Made by a program: the position numbers and the translations under genes. DNA of 64,000 nucleotides from Octopus sinensis (Eukaryota), in assembly GCF_006345805.1 (NCBI RefSeq), contig NC_043005.1, positions 46,872,001 to 46,936,000 of the forward strand, in the 5' to 3' direction. Position 1 is the stretch's first letter. Each line of letters begins with the position of its first letter. This document shows positions 26,742-39,878 of the stretch, in pieces. Below the pieces are notes generated by a model, which was not told the origin of the DNA, searched no databases, and saw nothing but the letters and a program-made list of their open reading frames with translations.

Positions 26742-26964
26742 AGTTAACTAGAATTCTAAATTCTTTTGTGTGTCATACATTTTCAGAATACTTTCAAAAA
26801 TTAGAGGAATATTAAATTTCAAAGAAAGTACTTCTTTGAACAATTATGCGTAGCATAATTATTTTCTTCGGGCTAAGAATTCAAAAGAAAATCTATATAT
26901 TACAGAAAGTTATGACAGAATAAAAAGCAGTAAGACGAAGTTGTAAAGAAGACAGCTTTCACGT

Positions 26965-27195
26965 ATATAAAATATGTATATATATATATATACAGAGAGA
27001 GAGAGAGAGAGGCAAAGAGAGAGAGAGAGAGAGGTGGAAAGAGAGAAACAGAGAGATAGATAGATATATATACTTATATATATATAAATATATACACATA
27101 TATATATGCATATTTATATATATATATTTGCATACATATATATGTAGATATAAATATGTATATATACATGCATATATATACATGCATATATATAC

Positions 27196-27263
<68 letters not shown>

Positions 27264-27601
27264 GTATACATACATACACATACCTACATATATATGAATA
27301 TATATGCATGCACACACAGATGCACAAACACATTCACACACAGAAACACAGACACACATATATATACACACACATACATACATATATATGTACACATATA
27401 CATGTGTCCGGGGGAGTCATTTTTGTTTTATTGCCGTGTTAATTAGCACACACGCCAGTTCGATTTCCACTCATTTATATATTTTTTTCTAATATTTTCG
27501 TTGCTTCTTGCCACTTCTTTAATAGTCGTTGACTGTGCGTTATCGGAGCCGCATTCTTTTTGTTTGTGGGCTTGTATGTGTCAGTGTGCATGTGTATACG
27601 C

Positions 27602-27632
<31 letters not shown>

Positions 27633-27744
27633 TGTATGTATGTATGTATGTATGTATGTATGTATGTATGTGTATGTATGTATGTATATATGTATGTGTG
27701 TGTCTGCACGTATGTGCGTGTATGTACGTATGCGTATATATAAA

Positions 27745-27786
<42 letters not shown>
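26965..27786. repeat. Compound (TA)n/(GA)n/(CA)n/(TATG)n cluster
   Basis: Direct reading. Confidence 0.97.
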
Positions 27787-27787
<1 letters not shown>

Positions 27788-29056
27788 GAGGGGAGTTCAA
27801 TAAGTAATGCCTCTGACCCACTTCCCATAGCAGTAGAGCAACGAAACTTGGCACAGTTATTAGTCTTTTTCTACATAGGAACCACCCAGAGTTACGCATT
27901 TCTCCCATCGTTTGATGCGGCTCTGGAGACCGTTTTTGTAGAAGAACCCAGCTTGGTCCTCCAACCTCAGCGTGACTTCAGAAATCAAGGCTGCATCATC
28001 TGGGAAATGCTTTCCTTTCAAAAACAACTTCATGATTGGGAAGAGGTGAAAATCAGAGGGTGCAAGGTCAGGAAAGTAGGGGGGATGGGGAGGAGTTCAT
28101 AGCCATACTACTGTGCTTCTGATCTGGCGACAAGCGAGTTGTGGACCGGAGCGTTGTCCTGCAGGAGGAGGATGCCTTTGCTGATCTTGCCCCGCCTCTT
28201 GATTTTGATAACTTCTCTTAATTTCCTCAAAAGTGAAGCATAATAGGCTCCAGCAATTGTGGTACCCTTTGCCAGGAAATCTGTCATCACTACTCCGTCC
28301 TGGTCCCAGAAGACTGTGAGCATGACCTTGCCAGCAGAGGGCTGCACCCTTGCCTTCTTTGGAGGGGGTGAGTCACGGTGCTTCCACAGCATTGACTGGG
28401 CTTTGGTCTCTGGATCATCGTGATGGACCCAGGTTTCATCCTGTGTAATCAGTCTTTCGAAAAATTTTGACTCATCTTCTTGGCACATCTCCAAATTCAC
28501 CCTCGAGCACTCGACGCGTTCTTGCTTCTGGAAAGGCGTGAGCAACCTGGGAATCCATCTGGCAGACACCTTTTGTATATGCAAATGGTCATGAATGATA
28601 GTTTCCACAGACCCGGTACTAATCTTGACCTCATGGGCTATTTGGCGAATAATTATGCGTCGATCTTCCAAAATGGCAGCCTCAACTTGACGGACAGATG
28701 CCTCATCAATGGCAGAAGGGGGCGACCAGATCTGGGAGCTGTTTCCACAGAGTTCCGACCATGTTTGAATTCATGATGCCAGCGTTTTACAAGGTCATAT
28801 GATGGGGCATCATCACCATAAGTTACTTTCATTTCATCAAAAGTCTCCCGTGGTGTGCGTCCTTTCAAATACAAAAACCGGATCCCTGCTCGACACTCAA
28901 CAGGCTCCATTTCACACTTGACTCGGTTCAAACACCTCTAAACCAGAAACCACAATTAATTCAGAGCTGTAATTTGCCACTTACTCTATAGAGATATTTC
29001 AGCTAGATCAAACAACTGCAAGTGGGTCAGAGGCATTACTTATTGAACGTCCCTCG
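27787..29056 (-). mobile_element. Full-length mariner DNA transposon (1270 bp), D34D, irritans-like
   Basis: 37-bp TIRs CGAGGG(GA/AC)GTTCAATAAGTAATGCCTCTGACCCACTT with 2 mismatches; TA on both sides within (TA)n; motifs WIPRLL, ITQDETW, QDNAPVH, HPPYFPDLAPSDF. Confidence 0.97.
27860..28910 (-). pseudogene. Mariner transposase pseudogene
   Basis: MEPVECRAGIRF start to GSYVEKD-stop; frameshifts near 28718 and 28090, TAG at 28110-28108; 34 residues between the 2nd and 3rd catalytic Asp after correction. Confidence 0.95.
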
Positions 29057-29168
29057 TATATATACGTGTGTGTACGTTTGTATGTATTCGCCATATTTAT
29101 GTGTTTGTGAGTGTTTGTGTGTAGCGTTGTCTCCTTGTGTCTGCATGTTTCAGTGTGTCCACGTCTAC

Positions 29169-29204
<36 letters not shown>

Positions 29205-29269
29205 CCTTATATATGTACACACACACATACACACACACACACACACACACAATGAATGACTTTTCCCGC

Positions 29270-29420
29270 AGTGAAATGAATGAAACAACTAAAGTGATAA
29301 CGGTATATATTCGAAATAAGGAGTAGATAGGCAGCTGACAACTGACGAAGGGTGGTTTCTCTGTGTTTACTCTCCTGTTTTCAATTTTTTCTCTCGATGT
29401 TTACGTATCTAACTCGTTTA
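29270..29420 (+). repeat. Possible Penelope-like terminal remnant (CTGACGA half-core only)
   Basis: caactgacgaaggg present, GAAA half absent. Confidence 0.3.
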
Positions 29421-29435
29421 TCATGTTGTTTACAC

Positions 29436-29532
29436 AGGCTATAATAGAAGATACTTGCCCAAGGTGCCACGCAGTGGGACTGAACCCGGAACCATGCACT
29501 GCGTAAGCAAGCTACTTACCACAAAGCCATAT
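29436..29532 (-). mobile_element. SINE group B 5' fragment
   Basis: tgcccaaggtgccacgcagtgggactgaacccggaaccatg. Confidence 0.8.
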
Positions 29533-29759
29533 ATGATCATGAAGAACAGCATCAATATTTCAAATAGTCATTCCTGCCCCTTATGAATCTACCAATACCT
29601 ACCAGTTAATAATAAGCATGAAAATTAATGGGCCCAAAGAATTATATTTCTATTTGAAATTCATCACTGAAATCGATATGGTGGAGGTGGTAATGGTGGG
29701 AGGTGTTGCTGTGGGGTGTGCATTCTTTCTATTAACTGATTAAACTGTTGATAACATAC

Positions 29760-29815
29760 TTTGTATTTTCATCAAACGTTCTCGAGATCGCTTCTCAGCC
29801 GCTTCCGATGATGGA
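29760..29815 (-). CDS. Exon (56 nt, phase 2 to 1): PSSEAAEKRSRERLMKIQK
   Basis: Strong acceptor tttactctgtttttctttcAG, donor AAA|gtatgt; only one frame open. Confidence 0.7.
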
Positions 29816-30273
29816 CTGAAAGAAAAACAGAGTAAATAAACATGAACTCATGGTTAGCAATCCGATTTAGAATCGGAAAATATATTTAGTCGAGGAAGGT
29901 TCTTCTGTTTCCTTCTCTCTTTCTTCCTTTTTTTTCTTTTTTTTTTCTTTTCTTCCCTATTACTTTCTGGGGTTTAGGATGCTAGAATATAAGTAAGCAT
30001 CGGATATGCGATTCATTGTTTTATCTTCTAAGTGTAATTGTCACCCCACCCCCAAGTAATCTACTTCAACAGACCTCAGAAATGTTGGCTATTATTACAT
30101 AATCATTTCGGTGACTTTGATATTTTTTTTGTCCAACAGAAATGGAGATCTTTCAATAACGATTACATATATTCTTTCGACTATCACATCTGATGGAAAG
30201 TTATGATATTTGTATACTCCGTTTGAAAAGAGTTAAAATATGATTTCCGTGGTATTCTATTAACCAATATTAC

Positions 30274-30352
30274 CACTCGAAACTCGTTCGGTACAACATC
30301 TTTCTTAATCTTCTTTGTTCTTGTTTTGGGAGACTTGTTTGTTCAGAATGCC
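30274..30352 (-). CDS. Candidate exon (79 nt, phase 1 to 2): GHSEQTSLPKQEQRRLRKMLYRTSFEC
   Basis: Acceptor aactttgcctatAG, donor GTG|gtaata; only one frame open and its phases match both neighbours. Confidence 0.6.
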
Positions 30353-31358
30353 CTATAGGCAAAGTTTCCGTAAGCTGAACGAATTAACTACTCTCCATTA
30401 TTGAGCATTGATCTAAAAATGACTGCTCACTCGTTCTGACCAATTCTTTTTATATGATTAGTCTGTCTAGACTGCAAGTAAAGTCTGCAGTTTTCCTAAT
30501 GACTCTAATATGTCGCCAAAAGCAGTTATGAACATATTATCATGTGTTTCTTTTGTTTTAAAGCCGAATCAAGGTTTTGGTCAGGGTATGGTGGGCAAAG
30601 TTCTTAAGAAAGAAGGAAAAAATTATATGAAGATAAAATGGATAGAACAAAGAGAAAAAAGAACAAGAGGCTTCATGATAATAATTCTAATAATATCCGG
30701 CCTTGGGCAAACGTTTGTGGTTAGTGGTCAGGCGCTGACCAGTTTCTTTGAAGCAAGTGAAGATGGAAGCTATGGTAAATTATTTGGATGTAGTGGTATG
30801 AAAGTTAATATGGCTTTAGTGTGAAGTAGATTCAGTTTGATCATCACGATGTAGAAAACGGAAAAAAGGGAAAATATTATTTGATCAAAAATAAGAAGCC
30901 GTACAAGAGAATGTTAACTGTTTTATAAAGTAAGTCGTCCTATGATTCATGCATGACACATGCACACAGAAGCAGGCTTGTATGTATGTGTGTATGCGTT
31001 TACACATGCATCTTATGCATGTATGTGCATGTATATACACATGTGTGTATACGCTTATTAATACTCATAAAAATAGTTGCATGCACATGTTTTATGATGT
31101 GTATACACGCGCACATCACATACAGATATATATGAGATTGTATGTTGTTTTCTTAATGCAAATCTTAACAGTATATCATAGATATGTATAAATAACTCTT
31201 TTTGCACACATTCTTCATTGACGCAAGTATACACAGATAAAATTACATATATGTACACACGCGTATATGTGTATGAAGCGGGCTATGTTCATTTATGTGC
31301 ATTTGCGCTGAATGATGCAAGATCGTATTATTAAAACAAAATATAATTGGATGCATAC

Positions 31359-31397
31359 CAACGCTATCCTTGCTTTCCTCGCTGAGAAGCGATGATG
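31359..31397 (-). CDS. Candidate mini-exon (39 nt, phase 1 to 1): ASSLLSEESKDSVG
   Basis: Acceptor tactttgttgaaAG, donor TTG|gtatgc; joins in frame to 30352-30274. Confidence 0.5.
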
Positions 31398-31668
31398 CTT
31401 TCAACAAAGTACATGGATGCAAATTAACTTTGTATTTTTTTCTTTTTTCTATTTTTTTTAAAGCAATCTGTCTCTGTTGAAGAAGTAATAGGTGACCGAA
31501 GACAATCAAATCTTCACAGGATGGAAAAACTCAAGTTTCTGAGAGATTATATTTACCGAGGAAAATCAATGGGCATTCTGTTTGGTGGCGGTCTTTGGAA
31601 GTTTAAGGCAAGCGCTGGAGACGTTATGACCCTAGGCCTAAGAAGCTATTCAACCTGGTGCTGGATAC

Positions 31669-31777
31669 CTGAGACTACTGAGTACAGTAAACTGATTATT
31701 TCTGTGTAATGACTCTGATTTAGAGGAAGAGATAAAATCCAATGGCAAATTGGATATAAAAAAGTGGTGGTCACCGG
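31669..31777 (-). CDS. Candidate internal exon of unidentified minus-strand gene (109 nt, phase 0 to 1): PVTTTFLYPICHWILSLPLNQSHYTEIISLLYSVVS
   Basis: Long pyrimidine tract ending cttacacgcAG; donor CAG|gtatcc; phase fits the next exon. A second frame is also open. Confidence 0.5.
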
Positions 31778-31977
31778 CTGCGTGTAAGATGATGGCATGT
31801 AAAGTAAAATTGTACAGGAAGAGCGCATGAAGAATAAATGTACATTTGTACAAGAGAAAGGTTACATAGATGAGTAGATTTTTTTGAAAGCCGTAAACAA
31901 TTCTAAGTTTTTTTCTGTTTTCTTTCTCCATCTGAATGTTAAATTTCAATTACTTATGAAGTATATAAAAATAAAAT

Positions 31978-32230
31978 AAATGCGCTCTTTTAAAGCCCAA
32001 CTAGGCTCATGGGCCCTGTTTCCCGGTTTCTATGGCGTATGTGTTCCCCAGCTGGACGGGACGGCAGTCCATCGCAGCGTTACTCATTTTTGCCAGCTGA
32101 GTGGACTAAAGCAACGTGAAATGAAGTGTTTTGCTCAAGAACACAACGCATCGCCCGGTACAGGAATCGAAACCACAATCTTACGATCATGGTGCTGACA
32201 CCCTAACCACTAAGCCACGCGCCTCCACTT
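31978..32230 (-). mobile_element. tRNA-derived SINE group C
   Basis: Shares cagctgagtg.act..agcaacgtgaaat with the 21040 copy. Confidence 0.85.
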
Positions 32231-32334
32231 CTATGAAGTATATGCGTTCCCTATTTCGTATATCACACCCCGCACCAGAAGAATTTGAACTTAACAATGA
32301 ATGCTATAGTATACTTTATAAATCTCATATATAT

Positions 32335-32562
32335 TTCTTTACTACCCACAAGGGGCTAAACATAGAAGGGACAAACAAAGACAGACAAAGGGATTAAGTC
32401 GATTACATCGACCCCAGTGCGAAACTGGTACTTTATTTATCGACCCCGAAAGGATGAAAGACAAAGTCAACCTCGGCGGAATTCGAACTCAGAACGTAAC
32501 GACAGACGAAATACCGCTAAGCATTTCGCCCTGCGCGCTAACGTTTCTGCCAGCTCGCCGCC
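32335..32562 (-). mobile_element. SINE group A (well preserved)
   Basis: Near reverse complement of 43125-43353. Confidence 0.9.
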
Positions 32563-32584
32563 TTTTATAAATCTCATATAGTTT

Positions 32585-32935
32585 AGGCTTGGCTGTGTGT
32601 TAAGAAGTTTGCTTCTCATCTACATGATTTCGAGTTCAGTGTAACTGCATGACACCTTAAACAAATATTTTCTGTTATAGCCACGAACCGACCAATGCCT
32701 TTTGAGTGGATGTGGCAGGTGGAAACTAAAAGAAGCTTGTCGTGTGTGTGTGTGTCTTTATGCCTGTGTTTGACCCCCATCCCCACAACGTAGCGGTTCA
32801 GTAAAAGGGTCCGATAGACTAAGTACCAGGCTTGAAAAAAAAAAGTACTGGGCTCGATTCGTTCGGCTAAAATTCTTCAAGGCGGTGCCCTAGCATGGCC
32901 GCAGTCTAATGACTGAAACAAGTGAAAGATAAAAA
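32585..32935 (+). mobile_element. SINE group B (diverged)
   Basis: Head and 3' module recognisable. Confidence 0.8.
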
Positions 32936-33700
32936 CTAAAAAGTGATGTATTTGTGATCTGAATTGCCTATTTGCAACTAGGTGGGCGGTATTATTTGAA
33001 AATCTTCGATCTACTTGTCTTGGCTACCAAGCAGTATCAGTATCAAAATGCGAACCGCTAGCGGCTAGGCTATCTTTACTTCACTTTTACTGAGTAAATA
33101 TTTAAATGTGTAATGTTGATATGATTGAAATTCATATGTCCCACAGGTGATTAAAAAACACAGCAGAATTAACCATCATTGCTCAACTGCCGATTATGTA
33201 GAAACTTGCTCTCTTTATTGGTTAATCTTAAACAAGTAATATCGTGAATAAAACCAAAATGCTGTGATCAAGATATCCAATTACTAGAATTTTACGTCCG
33301 TCTGTTTTTCTTTTTCTTCTATATAAAATGAATACCTTAATTCCGTCAATGTAAAGACGGACGAAACGTCGCTAAGTATTTTGCCCGGCATGCTAACGGT
33401 TTTGCCAGTTCGCTTCCTTAATCACAACTAATATTCAGTTGTAAAAACAAGAGGGATCGGAAGCTCTTGCAAATTGATTCTATGAGGCGTTTTAAACCTC
33501 AATGTGAAAGACAGTCCATTCCATATGTATTGCAACTTAAATTTTATTCACTTTCTTTAAAACATAAAACCTTAATGCGTGCTCTTGTGGTTACTAATAT
33601 GTCTGTCAAATTGAGTTTTAGATACAGCTTTATACATTTGCAACTGAATTTACGAAAGGATGAGTGTATTTTGTAGATGGAAACTGAAAGAAGTCCCTCC

Positions 33701-33732
<32 letters not shown>

Positions 33733-33736
<4 letters not shown>

Positions 33737-33946
33737 ATCCAAACAAAAAAACCAAAAAGACAACAACGCAAGGATGTGGAACAAATAAATTATTATTGGA
33801 CGCTCAGGAAAGAAGGGAAGAAGGAGGGTATATATATATATATATATATATAGTTAATCCAAACAAAAAAACCAAAAAGACAACAACGCAAGGATGTGGA
33901 ACAAATAAATTATTATTGGACGCTCAGGAAAGAAGGGAAGAAGGAG

Positions 33947-33948
<2 letters not shown>
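33733..33948. repeat. Identical 96-bp units x2 separated by (TA)n
   Basis: gttaatccaaac...gaaggaggg at 33733 and 33853. Confidence 0.95.
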
Positions 33949-33986
<38 letters not shown>

Positions 33987-34057
33987 CTGCAAGGCGATGC
34001 TCCAGCATGGCCGCAGTCTAATGACTGAAGCAAGTAAAACATAAAAAAATATATTCA

Positions 34058-34450
34058 CAGGTGTGGCTGTGTGGTAAGTAGCTTCCTTACCAACCACATG
34101 GTTCCGGGTTCAGTCCCACTGCGAGGCACCTTGGGCAAGTGCTTTCTACTATAACCTCAGGCCGACCAAAGCCTTGTGAGTGGATTTGGTAGACGGAAAC
34201 TGAAAGAAGCCCGTCGTATATGTATGTATATATATATATATATTTGTATGTGTGTGTATGTGCTTGTCCCTCCAACATCTCTTGACAACCGATGCTGGTG
34301 TGTGTACGACCCCGTAACTTAGCGGTTCGGCAAAAGAGCCCGATAGAATAAGTACTAGGCTTACAAAGAATAAGTCTTGGGGTCGATTTCTTCCACTAAA
34401 GGCGGTGCTCCAGCATGGTCGCAGTCAAATGACTAAAGCAATAAAAGAAT
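34058..34450 (+). mobile_element. SINE group B (well preserved)
   Basis: Full head, middle, microsatellite and 3' module. Confidence 0.9.
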
Positions 34451-35149
34451 ACCTGTAAATAACATGAAATTCACAGCTCTCATATTCTTCTTTGTGTGAC
34501 TTCCTTATTTTATGTTAATTTTATTGAATTTTATTTTTTTATAAATGCGTACAATTATTTACTTTGTACTACATTTACCTCGTAGACTGAATTTCTGTAT
34601 TCTACCATTGTTATCTATATTATCCCTCACTGAAAATGGCTTTTCTTGGATCAAATTAGATATTACCAAGTCAATGACACAGAAAAGAATTAAACATATT
34701 ATAATTCATTACTCGAACCATTAAGCACCTTATTTTATTTTATTTTCAGAAATATGCCGCCATTTTATCTGCAATATGCTGTTAAAGATAACTGTTTCGA
34801 ATTGAATGGAAATAATTCTATCAGATGACGTATCGAATATAGCCTGGTTTAGTTGTTTTTTGCAGATTCTTACTGAAATTGCATTATGCTTAAGTGTACC
34901 AGTAGTATACTAGCATTTATTCAGTTACATCACTGCTTTTGTAAACAGTGGCCTTGTACAAGTAAAACGAAGTCGATTTTGCATCACGCTCAGAATGCCA
35001 AGAAGAAGACTTAAATATTATTGCCTGATAAGTTTCTAAATATTTTTCATTATAAAATTAGTTCTTGCAAAATTAAGTCTTTTCATTAACATTTAATAAT
35101 TCTTCAAGTACTAAATGCAAGGTATAGAGTCAGATGCAAAAATCATTAC

Positions 35150-35220
35150 GGTGATTTCAAATCCATGAAAATTTCTGTGTTCAATCGAAACTGGTGTACC
35201 CCATTGAGACATAACCTTTT
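35150..35220 (-). CDS. Weaker candidate exon (71 nt): EKVMSQWGTPVSIEHRNFHGFEIT
   Basis: Acceptor atatttgtttatagcAG, donor ACC|gtaatg; the phase 1 to 0 frame fits 31777, but two frames are open. Confidence 0.35.
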
Positions 35221-35269
35221 CTGCTATAAACAAATATCTGATATTAGGTAGGGGTGGGGTGGGGGTTAA

Positions 35270-35420
35270 TCGTTTATATTGAACCCAGGGCTCAACCAGT
35301 ACTTACTTTGTTGACCCGAAAGAATGAAAACAAAGTCGACCTTGGCGGAATTTGAACTTACAACGTGAACGAAATGCCGCTGAGGATTTTGTCCGGCGTG
35401 CTAACCATTCTGCTAGCTCA
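35270..35420 (-). mobile_element. SINE group A
   Basis: caaagtcgaccttggcggaatttgaact. Confidence 0.8.
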
Positions 35421-37124
35421 GCTAATACCTCATAAAGACAATGCCTTAATGAAATCTGTAAACTTTGCTAAATATCACGCCACCCTCTCTAGATATATAT
35501 TATGCTAAAGCAACCATCTTCCTTTCACAGTATAATTTGATTGAATTATTGCTTCATTTTAAATTTAAAATGTTATCATTTTAAATACAATTGCTTGAAG
35601 TTGTAGGGGATCTGTAGATTAAAAAATAAAAACAAAAACAAAACAGAGGCAATCGGCTGATCTCAGTTAAAAGAATTAAAGCTCACTCGGTTAATAATGT
35701 GCTTCTGCTCTTAGATTAGTGACACAAGTCTCAAGAGGATATGGAAACCTCGGCAAACAAAAGCATGTGATTGCTAAATCCGATGCAGGTCTCTTTAGTT
35801 GCACAGTGAATTGATAGCCACTATAAAAACCAGCTACAAGTTTTCTCTATTACACCTCGTGGATAGAAATAGCAGGTTTTTCATCAATGAATTAGAGAAT
35901 GCAGTAAAATGCAGTTTCTCAAAAGATCAGATCAATTTAGCCAAAATACGATATGCACCAATGCTATCTCTAACAATGTAATTTAGAAACCGTTGTTTAT
36001 AACTATCTGCTGTTAAAGCAATCGTGCTGACAGACCGACTGAATAATCTATAAAATTGCAAGTGGTACGGATGTGATCTATTTTTTTTCCTTCTTTAGTT
36101 CGGCAAAACTTCTTTCCATGTCGCACTTCAAAGGCGTCTATTTTTATAAGTGCTTGTGAAATGGACGTACGCTTTCCTACTAACCCGTGTATTTGATGTA
36201 GACGATCCCCTGTGGGACATGCATTAAACAGTTGCCTCTGTTCACATTTCCACTAATGTGAGCAGACCCTTGTGTGAAGTGGGAAAATTGCAATGAATGT
36301 ATTACAGAGGTAGATGAAAAGAAAAGAAAATAGATTGATCTTTTCTCTAACTCCAGCCGAGGAACAAATGTGGACTTTTGTTACAGGAAACTATTCATGG
36401 TTGTGCCGGACAATAGATGGACATGCGAAGTAGTAGACAAAACAACAGTAAAATAAATTTCTAGCAATGAGAAATAATGGTCAAAAGATACTATAGTATA
36501 TTACTTTATATCTGTGCATACCTTCCTCAATTCATGATTAGTGTCAGGGAAAAACAGATATGGAGATTCTAATAACAAATATACAATAGATTAATAATAA
36601 ATATCCAAACTAAAACACGTTTTACGTTGAGTTGATGTGAAAATGCATGATAGGTTGATTGACAATTCCAAACTCTTGGAAGATATCCTTCTGAAAACAA
36701 CCACGTGATAGCAAGAATTGAATTAAGCTCTCTTTTATTTAATACGAGCGTCCTACTACAGATGATTAGCACTCTTGTTTTCAGAGATTAAAACTGGTAT
36801 ATGCATCTGTTTGTGAGTAACAACTTTTCGCTGGAGATCTATAATATTATTCTGCTACGGCCTACGTATCTAATGTCTGGAACGAAATCGAAGACATAAA
36901 TCTATTATCGACATATTTATTCTTAAGATTAATTGACTGATAAACTATAGGATGAATTCGTTGACATTGTTTTATGGACAAACCATTATTTACATTATAT
37001 TATTTATATTATTCATAAGGGGAAAATAAATATATTGAATCAAGTATAATACGCCTTTCTTTTAGAGTCCGTAACTTCCTGGTGCAGCTACTCTATTTCA
37101 TCCACTGCAGTTGTGAGTTCAAGT

Positions 37125-37385
37125 TCAGCCAGATGCGGACATAAACACACCGACACTGGTTGGTTTTCAAGTGGTGGTAGTGGGTGGGTGGGGAAACAAT
37201 AACACATACACACACTCGTATATATAAACGACGAGCTTCTATCAGATTCTGTTCGCCAAATCCACTCACAAGATTTTCGCTATAGTAGAATACACTAGCC
37301 CAAGTACCACGTAGTGGGAGTGAACCTGGAACCATGTTGTTGAGAAACAAACCTCTTACCACGCAGACACTCCATGCTGTGTGGC
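37125..37385 (-). mobile_element. SINE group B (partial)
   Basis: tccactcacaag...gtgggagtgaacctggaaccatg. Confidence 0.75.
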
Positions 37386-38326
37386 ACAAATACATTAGTA
37401 TATATTAGCGGAATATCAACAATGTTTCTAAAGTGAACATTTGAGTAATTTTCAAAGGTATCAACTATATTAACCCCAAAGTAATATAAGAAAATGAATA
37501 AAAGGGAACACAGTAATTTGTCAAGAACATGGCCTAAGAATACGATCCATTTTGGAGATATTATTTTTACATCAGCTGAAGTAAAATATTCTTACTGCCA
37601 GTAAACACATAGAAATGTAATATGGACATTGATTCGCTAACGCGCAATGTGGCAAAGTATGTTTCGTTATAGGTAATTTACTTTGAACAGTAACCCTTTC
37701 ATTAAAGCACAGTGTTCTGTTAGCATTATTCTTGAACAAGAAAATAAAAAGACAATTTCCTGAACAGTATTGTGGAACATCCGGTGTATAATGATACTCA
37801 AACAGAAGCAGACTTGTAGTTTATGGCTTCAAAATTTCGCCAGGTGTTTTACATCTCCCAAAGACATGCTTCCTCTATTTTATTTTCGTTATTTTATCAC
37901 ATTTAAGATTTCGTTATGAAATTATATTCAATGCCAGAAAATAAAATTCTATTATTATACAATCATTTCTCAAAAGTGAGCGCTTCTATTTCCGTTTTAG
38001 CTTTCTTGGCTGGAGTGAATTACATAATAAATCGAGTAAAAGTGCGATGTTGTACACGACAGACAAAGTGTACCGTTGATGAAAAGTATTTGACGAGGAA
38101 ATCTAACGACAATAATTTGATTAACTGAAAGAACTGTTCTCGAAACCTTGCATTAATTGAAAGTTCACTAACCAATTAACTGGAACTTATTCTAGTAAAT
38201 ATTTTCCAAACTAAAAACATTTCGTCCGCATGTAACCGACAAAATTGTCTATTAAGTAGGTTATGGAGATTTGTAACTTGTGCACTCGCTGCTGATTCAC
38301 TCTTGAAAGCCACACACATACAAGCT

Positions 38327-38377
<51 letters not shown>

Positions 38378-38731
38378 CGTATCTAGCTGTCTGTCTGTCT
38401 ATCTATCTATCCATCTGTTTACCTAATATAGTTGAAACAATTCTCAATATTCGCTTCATAACAATATATCGCTTTCTACCAATGAAAGAAATGAAGATTA
38501 GTTTAAACTAAAAATAGTAGAAACGAGTAGGCAGTTGACAAAACACTGAGTATTTAATTTCGTTTTACCAATTCCTGATTCCACCATTATTCTGCCATCA
38601 TCATTAATTTCACTTTTCCGATTTCATAAATGTTGCCCTTGTAATATACTGGATGTATTGATGTCATATTTTACAGCTTTTACAGCAATAATGAATGCAG
38701 AGAAATGTAAATATACCATATATATATATAA

Positions 38732-38788
<57 letters not shown>

Positions 38789-39184
38789 TACATATATATT
38801 ACTCTCTTACTTGTTACAGCCATGCTGGAGCACCGCCTTTAGTCGAGCAAATCGACCCCAGGACTTACTCTTTGTAAGCCTAGTACTTATTCTACACACA
38901 CACACACACATATATATATATACATACATACATACATATATATATATATGTATATATATGTATATATATATGCATATATATATACATATACATGCATACA
39001 TATATATATGCATATATATGTATATATATGCATACAGACATGGACACAAACACACACACACACACACATGTATATATACATATATGTATATACGCATAGA
39101 CATATATACTTATATATACTGAGACATTCTTGCATTTGCACACTCACACAGACAAACACGCATACACGCCCACACAGATATACG

Positions 39185-39219
<35 letters not shown>

Positions 39220-39638
39220 GCTTATATATATGCATATAAAAATCGATATTTTGATGTCCGTATTGTGTACTGTGTGTACATGTTTGTGTGTCGGTCTATG
39301 GTGACTTTAATGTTTATACTTACGTTGAAGTGTTTCACTTTCTGGTAATGACAAAACTGAATATAAATCTAGAAATATTGTTAAAAATGTTTACCCCTTC
39401 CAGCGAGGCGGAAATGTGATATGAAATCATGAAATCATATATATATATATATAACAACGAGGAAGCCTTAAGACATGTAGAAACAGCACGCAAATAAAGG
39501 AACTATATGCTATTGCCTTAGATAGTCGCTCACAAAATATTCAACTTCGTATGTATGTCTATGAATTGATAATAATGTATTATTAGTTTTATCTTTGTTT
39601 CTGTCGGTCTCTGTCTCTGTCTCTCTCTCTCTCTTTTG

Positions 39639-39669
<31 letters not shown>

Positions 39670-39832
39670 AGCTCACGAACATACAAATGCACAGAAACAT
39701 ACGCTCGCGCACATCCCAATGCACATGCAAACACATACATCCATACGCATGCACCCATACACATGCGCACGCATCTATTCACATAATTGTTTGCTAACAC
39801 ACGCACCGGTCGGTTTCTCTGTCTTCCACGCA

Positions 39833-39878
<46 letters not shown>

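Noticed and set aside
31521-31709. Plus ORF MEKLKFLRDY
   Set aside because: No recognisable motif; it partly overlaps the better-supported minus exon 31669-31777
3214-33948. CRISPR-like reading of the tandem repeats (3214, 26386, 33733)
   Set aside because: Eukaryotic context, no unique spacers, wrong unit sizes, no cas genes
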